Shown piece by piece: positions 59,501 through 64,000 of a stretch of DNA of 64,000 nucleotides. Location of the stretch: the NCBI GenBank assembly GCA_963662545.2, contig CAXXLL010000002.1:1888001-1952000 (forward strand), given 5' to 3'. Positions within the stretch are counted from its first letter, which is position 1. The number at the start of each line of letters is the position of its first letter. The position numbers and the translations under genes are program-made. The stretch comes from Gammaproteobacteria bacterium (GTDB lineage Bacteria; Pseudomonadota; Gammaproteobacteria; Ga0077536). The notes below the pieces were generated by a model. That model was not told the origin of the DNA, ran no database searches, and saw only the letters and a program-made list of their open reading frames with translations.

Positions 59501-60962
59501 AATGACACGCAATGCCAGGTCAAATGCCTATCAGTCACTACAAGCACCCGACCCGGCCGAAGCCCTCAAAAACCTCGTACGCGGCCGCCTGGAGATGACC
59601 GGCCCCACGACCGTCGAAGAAACAGCCGGCGTGTTCGCCGTGCCCGTCGAGGCGGCCACCCACGCGCTGTCCGCGATCGAGGCGGCAGGGATTGCCCTGC
59701 GCGGACGTTACCGGCCAGGTGTCAACGCCGAACAGTGGTGCGATCGCCGTCTGCTGGCGCGCATTCATCGCTACACCTTGGATCACCTGCGCCGCGAAAT
59801 CGAGGCGGTGCCGAGTGCCGCCTTCGTGCGCTTTCTATTCGACTGGCAACACGTTGCCCTATCGACTCAGGTCGTTGGCGCCGAAGGTGTATTCGAGATC
59901 ATTCGCCAGCTTGCCGGATTCGAAGCGCCGGCGGGCGCCTGGGAAGCACATCTTCTACCGGCGCGCGTACGTGGCTATCAAAGCGTCCAACTGGATCAAC
60001 TAATGGCATCCGGGCGTTGTACCTGGCTGCGGCTCACCCCCAAACGCTCGACACCATCGCGTGCTACCGGCACGCTGAAAACGACGCCGCTGGCGCTCAT
60101 GCCGCGCGGCGACGCGGCCGCCTGGATCACGGCCGTGGGCCGTGGCGAACCCGCGCTACCCGGCGGCGCGGCGGAGATCGTATGGCGGCATATCGCCGAC
60201 CGTGGCGCATCGTTTTTCAATGATATCGTCGCCGACACCGGGCTCTTGCGCACACAGTGCGAGAATGCGCTCGACGAACTCGCGGCGGCGGGGCAGGTGA
60301 CCTGCGACAGTTTTGCCGGTTTGCGCGCGCTGACCACCCCGGCATCAAGGCGCAGTCACTTCGGGCGACGATCACGTCGAACGACGCTGCCGGGGATCGA
60401 GGAGGCCGGACGCTGGGACCTCGTGCGCCGGGATCGGCGCGCAAGGCCGGACCGGAATGACGCCTGGGATGAGCAGGCGCTGGAATGCGTCGCCCGTACC
60501 CTGCTAACCCGTTACGGTGTCGTGTTTCGTCGGTTGCTCGACAGAGAGTCGGGACTACCGCCCTGGCGCTACCTGTTGTGGACTTACCGGCGCCTAGAGG
60601 CGGCCGGAGAAATTCGCGGCGGGCGGTTCGTGGCCGGCTTTTCCGGCGAGCAATTCGCGTTGCCGGAAGCGATCGCCGCACTGCGTGCAAGTCGCAAGAG
60701 CGGGGCTTGCGGGCGAATTGAGGTGGTCAATGCCGCCGACCCGCTCAATCTGGTCGGTATCGTGTTGCCCGGCGTGCGCATACCCGCGCTCGCATCGAAC
60801 CAGATAGCCTACCTCGATGGCGAAGCCGTGGCGGTGCGCTCAGGCACCGACTTTCGCCTGCTCAAAGCACTCGATTCTGCCACCGCGCTCAAGGTCCGCA
60901 CGGCACTCCTCAAACCGAACATTGCTGCCTTCCGTCCGTTCCTGCGCCGGCGACAACGCTGA
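56586..60962 (+). CDS. lhr: Lhr-family DEAD/DEAH ATP-dependent helicase
   Basis: APTGSGKT, SPLKAL, TTPESL, DEIH, SAT, HHGS, QRIGRSGH; C-terminal LLTRYGVVFR, RGGRFV..FSGEQFA. Confidence 0.9.
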   Translation: MLPDSFDPAVRAWFNGTFETPTPCQVRAWAALERHRHTLVAAPTGSGKTLAAFLTAISDLAQQIRCEKLANETRVLYVSPLKALSNDVQRNLEQPLAAIQKLLERELGQVPAITSAVRTGDTPVAARNRMRKRPPHILVTTPESLYILLTSDSGRETLKTIRTVIIDEIHALAGNKRGAHLSLSLERLSHVIGRAPVRIGLSATQRPIERVAEFLTGTAYGAATGEQCEIVDEGHIRARDIAIEMPKSPLEAIVSAEVAGEIRERIIELIATHATTLIFVNTRRMTERLARALADSIGDDAVCAHHGSMSRERRHDAERRLKNGQLKALVATASLELGIDIGNVDLVCQLGSTRSLAMLLQRIGRSGHAVGGVAKGRLFPQTRDELVECVALLDMIRRDELDTLEIPRGPLDVLAQQIVAEVSCEDYAIDDLHAVFTKAWPYRGLSAASLLKVVRMLAEGFSFARGRRSAYLHLDDVNGRLRGRRGARLTAITCGGAIPDNAEYDVIAEPSGELVGTVNEDFAIESLPGNIFQLGNTSWRVLRVESAGLRVQDAAGQPPNMPFWFGEAPARTLEFSAAVSRLRQDFAEQIEVCDGNLDSLTEALADIPGAGPVARRQLSEYLLSAYRALGTMPTQQTLVMERFFDESGGMQLVIHSLFGSRVNKAWGLALRKRLCRTFNFELQAAAIEDAIVISLGAVHSFPLDEVWRYLNRETVREVLTQALLDAPMFTVRWRWVATCALAIQRFRAGRKVPPRLQRMSAEDLVALVFPDQLACAENLNGRRDIPEHPLVEQAIGDCLNEVMDIDAFERLLSAMRNGEITLVERDLTEPSPFALQVLNANPYAFLDDAPLEERRTQAVQSRRWLDPTTASDLSALDADAIERVRAEVWPDAQSEDELHEAVLMLGFVADDEIATLFSTRIAGEGDLFGGVAEPWLARLEDDGRLVRVTAPKAGWVATERCHEARAIWANAAMTRNARSNAYQSLQAPDPAEALKNLVRGRLEMTGPTTVEETAGVFAVPVEAATHALSAIEAAGIALRGRYRPGVNAEQWCDRRLLARIHRYTLDHLRREIEAVPSAAFVRFLFDWQHVALSTQVVGAEGVFEIIRQLAGFEAPAGAWEAHLLPARVRGYQSVQLDQLMASGRCTWLRLTPKRSTPSRATGTLKTTPLALMPRGDAAAWITAVGRGEPALPGGAAEIVWRHIADRGASFFNDIVADTGLLRTQCENALDELAAAGQVTCDSFAGLRALTTPASRRSHFGRRSRRTTLPGIEEAGRWDLVRRDRRARPDRNDAWDEQALECVARTLLTRYGVVFRRLLDRESGLPPWRYLLWTYRRLEAAGEIRGGRFVAGFSGEQFALPEAIAALRASRKSGACGRIEVVNAADPLNLVGIVLPGVRIPALASNQIAYLDGEAVAVRSGTDFRLLKALDSATALKVRTALLKPNIAAFRPFLRRRQR

Positions 60963-61062
60963 GCCTGGGCCGCCTGAGGAGCCGTGAATGCGGTTTCCGG
61001 GACGCTGCGTCGCCTTTATCCTTAGCTTTGATCTGTCCTGGACCAGCAGGAGCAGCCAGCCC

Positions 61063-62220
61063 ATGAAAATCGTCATCGCGCCCGATTCGTTCAAGGAGAG
61101 CCTCGACGCCATCACCGCGGCGGAAACCATCACCGCCGGCATGCGGCGTGTCTTGCCCGACGCCCAATACGAACTGGTGCCTATGGCGGACGGCGGCGAG
61201 GGCACGGTGGAGGCGATCGTGACGGCACACCAGGGAATATTCGCCGAGGCCAAGGTACTCGGCCCGCTCAGCCGTCGCGTCACGGTACGCTACGGGATCA
61301 TCGATGGCGGCCGCATCGCAGTCCTGGAAACCGCCTCCGCGACGGGATTGCACCTCGTGCCACCGGCTGAACGCGATCCGAGTGCAACGACCAGTTATGG
61401 CGTCGGAGAACTCATTTCTGTGGCGCTGGACCACGGCTGCGAGAAAATCATCGTAGGGCTTGGCGGATCGGCGACCAACGACGGCGGCGCGGGCATGGTC
61501 CAGGCTCTGGGAGTACGTTTTCTGGACGCCGCCGGCGCGGTCATAGAAACGCCCCTCACGGGCGGCATGCTGTCCCGAGTCGCAGCGATCGATACCAGCG
61601 GCGCCGATCCACGCTTGCGCGCGGTTCGCTTCGAGGCCGCCTGCGACGTCAATAATCCGCTGTGCGGGGAACGTGGCGCTACGGCGACCTTCGGACCTCA
61701 AAAAGGCGCGTCGCCCGGTCAGATCCGTATACTTGATAATAACCTTAGAAAATTCTATCAACTGTATGATAAATTGGAGGAAATAGATGTTTCTGAGATA
61801 CCAGGAGCCGGTGCGGCTGGTGGGATCGGGGCGGCCATGCTCGGTTTTCTGCACGCCTCTGCGCGGCCTGGGGTCGACCTCGTTATCGAAGCGGTCGGCC
61901 TGGCGAACCGTCTCCGCGACGCGAAGGTCGTGATCACCGGTGAGGGGCGCATCGACAGGCAGAGTCTGCAAGGAAAAGCACCACTGGGCGTGGCCCGACT
62001 TGCCGCCTCACACGATGTTCCCGTGATCGCGATCGGCGGGAGTCTATCGGCGGAAGCAGGGGAGATGTTCGCCGGGCCGGTGGACGCAATAGAGGCCGCG
62101 ATCGCGCGGCCGCTGACGCTTGCCGAAGCGCTGGCCGATGCGTCTACGCACCTTGCCGATGCCGGCGAGCGGGTTGCCCGCTGGCTAGTCCTGGCCCAGC
62201 GTCTCGCCTCGCAACCCTAA
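61063..62220 (+). CDS. Glycerate kinase (GlxK/GarK family)
   Basis: IAPDSFKESL, PMADGGEGT, GGSATNDGG, GAAGG, TGEG. Confidence 0.93.
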   Translation: MKIVIAPDSFKESLDAITAAETITAGMRRVLPDAQYELVPMADGGEGTVEAIVTAHQGIFAEAKVLGPLSRRVTVRYGIIDGGRIAVLETASATGLHLVPPAERDPSATTSYGVGELISVALDHGCEKIIVGLGGSATNDGGAGMVQALGVRFLDAAGAVIETPLTGGMLSRVAAIDTSGADPRLRAVRFEAACDVNNPLCGERGATATFGPQKGASPGQIRILDNNLRKFYQLYDKLEEIDVSEIPGAGAAGGIGAAMLGFLHASARPGVDLVIEAVGLANRLRDAKVVITGEGRIDRQSLQGKAPLGVARLAASHDVPVIAIGGSLSAEAGEMFAGPVDAIEAAIARPLTLAEALADASTHLADAGERVARWLVLAQRLASQP

Positions 62221-62332
62221 TCTGACGCGCGCCTGCAACAGGGCAGACACACCGGCAGTGGAAGACCGCGCCGCTTGACCCCGGCGCCATCCTGCCTCAT
62301 GTTCGCCGGATCACGACGGGTGGATTAAACCG

Positions 62333-62530
62333 ATGAACAACCGGGAAACCTTGATTACGCTGATGCTCGAAAACGAGCTGGAACGGCGGGAAATTGCCGA
62401 GCTCTTGTCGGTGCAACGCGATACGGTCGACCGCTGGCTGATATCGCCCGAATCATCGAGAAACCTCGAAATACCCGATATGGCCGTCGAATTATTGGAC
62501 TTCAAGCTGGCCGCCCGGAAAGACGCCTAG
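62333..62530 (+). CDS. Small helix-turn-helix protein
   Basis: REIAELLSVQRDTVDRWL HTH-like pattern, 65 aa. Confidence 0.65.
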   Translation: MNNRETLITLMLENELERREIAELLSVQRDTVDRWLISPESSRNLEIPDMAVELLDFKLAARKDA

Positions 62531-62562
62531 CCCGCTAGCGGCGCCTTCTCGAAACCGGCGGG

Positions 62563-63492
62563 TCAGGCCATCGCCGCCGTCGGGATATACGTGCCGCAGG
62601 ACGAAACGTCGGTCAGTAGGATGCCATGCAACCCCAGCGGCTCGGCGAGAAGGTGCTTGCGCGATACAGTGCGCAAATCAGGCGCCACGGAAATATCGTT
62701 GTCGCGTCCCCGGCCAACAGAATTGACGCCTGCACGCAGGGTGTAGCACCGGCCGTTATCGGCGCGTAGGCTCCAGTCCTCGTCATGCGACAGTGAAAAG
62801 TGGACTTTCGCGAGCCGGATGGAGATTTCCTCGCCGTTTTCCAGGCGGATGAAGACGGCTTCACCCTGAGGAAGACGGCAGAGGCTGGGATCCTGAGCCT
62901 TCTCAGCGGTTTCGCCGGCATTGAAGATGACCGTTGATCGATCGGGCGCGAACGCGGTCTTATCGGCGGGGAGCGGTTGCGTGGGCTGTACGGTACTTCG
63001 TCCGAGGTCTATCACCTGGCGAATGACCTCCTGTCGCGACGCGAGGTACTTCAGATAGGTCGATAACGCCAAGCGCGTATAGATGTCGCGAACGCCCCGT
63101 GCGTTCCCTAACTGCTCAAATATTGCACGCCAGTCATGATCCTTGGAAAACATTCGCACGCCGAGCTTCTTTAGCAGTACCTTACAGGGGATGCCATGTC
63201 GTTGATGTTCCTCAAGTATTCTGCCGAGCTGCTGTTCGAGTGTGTGGATGGTGGACGCTTCGGATTCGAGTTCCGCGCGAGTGTGCGCGCACAAGGTGTT
63301 GAACCGCAGCGCAGGCACCGCGGTCCGGGGCGCCATAGAAAATTTGAAATCTTTGAACCGGCGGAAGCGGAGTTCACGGTTGCTCAAGGTGATGCTAAGG
63401 GGCGCGCTGAAGCGCACCCGCACCGCCTGAAGCAGTTTGGCTAGCAGGCCAAGCGTTCCGTCTTCATTAAGGTTTAGCAATATATTATTCAT
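62563..63492 (-). CDS. FHA domain-containing protein
   Basis: C-terminal VGRGRDNDI...VSRKH...DVSSCGTY; N-terminal region unrecognised; start uncertain. Confidence 0.75.
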   Translation of the reverse strand: MNNILLNLNEDGTLGLLAKLLQAVRVRFSAPLSITLSNRELRFRRFKDFKFSMAPRTAVPALRFNTLCAHTRAELESEASTIHTLEQQLGRILEEHQRHGIPCKVLLKKLGVRMFSKDHDWRAIFEQLGNARGVRDIYTRLALSTYLKYLASRQEVIRQVIDLGRSTVQPTQPLPADKTAFAPDRSTVIFNAGETAEKAQDPSLCRLPQGEAVFIRLENGEEISIRLAKVHFSLSHDEDWSLRADNGRCYTLRAGVNSVGRGRDNDISVAPDLRTVSRKHLLAEPLGLHGILLTDVSSCGTYIPTAAMA

Positions 63493-63622
63493 AAATATCA
63501 ATGCTTTGAATTATTTATTTAATACATTATATAAATAATAGTGCTAACTCCATAAAAACTCAAGGCTAAAATTGTGACCGGGTCATAGGAAACGTCGGGA
63601 ACCGAGCGGGTATCGGTGGGAA

Positions 63623-63638
63623 TGTGACCGCCGTCACG
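63623..63638. promoter_or_regulatory. Putative CRP/Vfr-family binding site
   Basis: TGTGA-ccgccg-TCACG matches TGTGA-N6-TCACA with one mismatch, upstream of the AT-rich region before the FHA gene. Confidence 0.45.
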
Positions 63639-63699
63639 AGGTGAAATCTGGCCTTACGCCGCGCCCGCCCGCTAGCCCCGGCGCGGTGGCGCGGGGCGT

Positions 63700-64000
63700 T
63701 CAGCCGCCGGAGAATAAGGAAAAGTCGAGGACCCGAACCATGAAAGGGATCCAGGCGCCGATCAAGACCAGATACACCGCAATCTCGGTTCGAATGATGA
63801 ACTTGAGGCGGCTGATTTCTGCGGCATCGGCGTCGGCCATGAAAATACGTGCCATGGTGATGTCGAGCGGGATGGCGAAAACCAGCATCATCATGATGGA
63901 AGGTGCTACGACAGAGGGCAGCAGGCGCCAGTCGTGCAGATGAGAGCTGCCGTCGGCAAACGGTGCCGCGGCGATGATCACGAGGGCGACCATTATCAAC
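63700..64000 (-). CDS. Hypothetical membrane protein, 5' end outside the window
   Basis: Open frame with three hydrophobic segments running off the window edge. Confidence 0.6.
   Translation of the reverse strand, partial: LIMVALVIIAAAPFADGSSHLHDWRLLPSVVAPSIMMMLVFAIPLDITMARIFMADADAAEISRLKFIIRTEIAVYLVLIGAWIPFMVRVLDFSLFSGG

Noticed and set aside
56586-60962. Large helicase considered as a defence system
   Set aside because: A typical long Lhr-family helicase with host-like codon usage, housekeeping neighbours and no partner nuclease.

Overview
GC-rich bacterial chromosome segment, probably from a Gammaproteobacterium (inferred from aceK-icd, a six-gene TonB2-type operon, glycerate kinase and an IS10-like element). 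Positions 1-31.4 kb are mostly acyl-CoA, heterocycle and redox catabolism: four acyl-CoA dehydrogenase-family genes including gcdH, etfBA plus ETF-QO, a two-subunit CoA-transferase, two 2Fe-2S ferredoxins with a reductase, maiA, a NicX-like dioxygenase, a CoA ligase, an LLM oxidoreductase and a MetE-like protein. An accessory patch at about 11.3-15.7 kb holds AT-richer signalling genes, a complete IS10-like IS4 element with a 9-bp target duplication inside a palindrome, a truncated methyltransferase, a VPLPA-CTERM surface protein and several REP-like hairpins. A 270-bp MITE with 32-bp terminal inverted repeats follows ETF-QO. The right half holds the TonB operon, fumarase, a cobalamin/iron ABC cluster with one frameshifted gene, a DAHP synthase, feoAAB with a Fur-like box, aceK, icd, trmO, a cNMP-HDOD protein, an Lhr-type helicase, glycerate kinase and an FHA protein. 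No rRNA, tRNA or CRISPR array was seen. The best leads are a divergent STT3/AglB-like glycosyltransferase lacking WWD, a candidate CsrA-binding GGA-hairpin RNA, the palindrome-bounded accessory patch, and the NicX/ACAD/CoA-ligase module. All assignments come from motif recognition by eye; no database searches were run.
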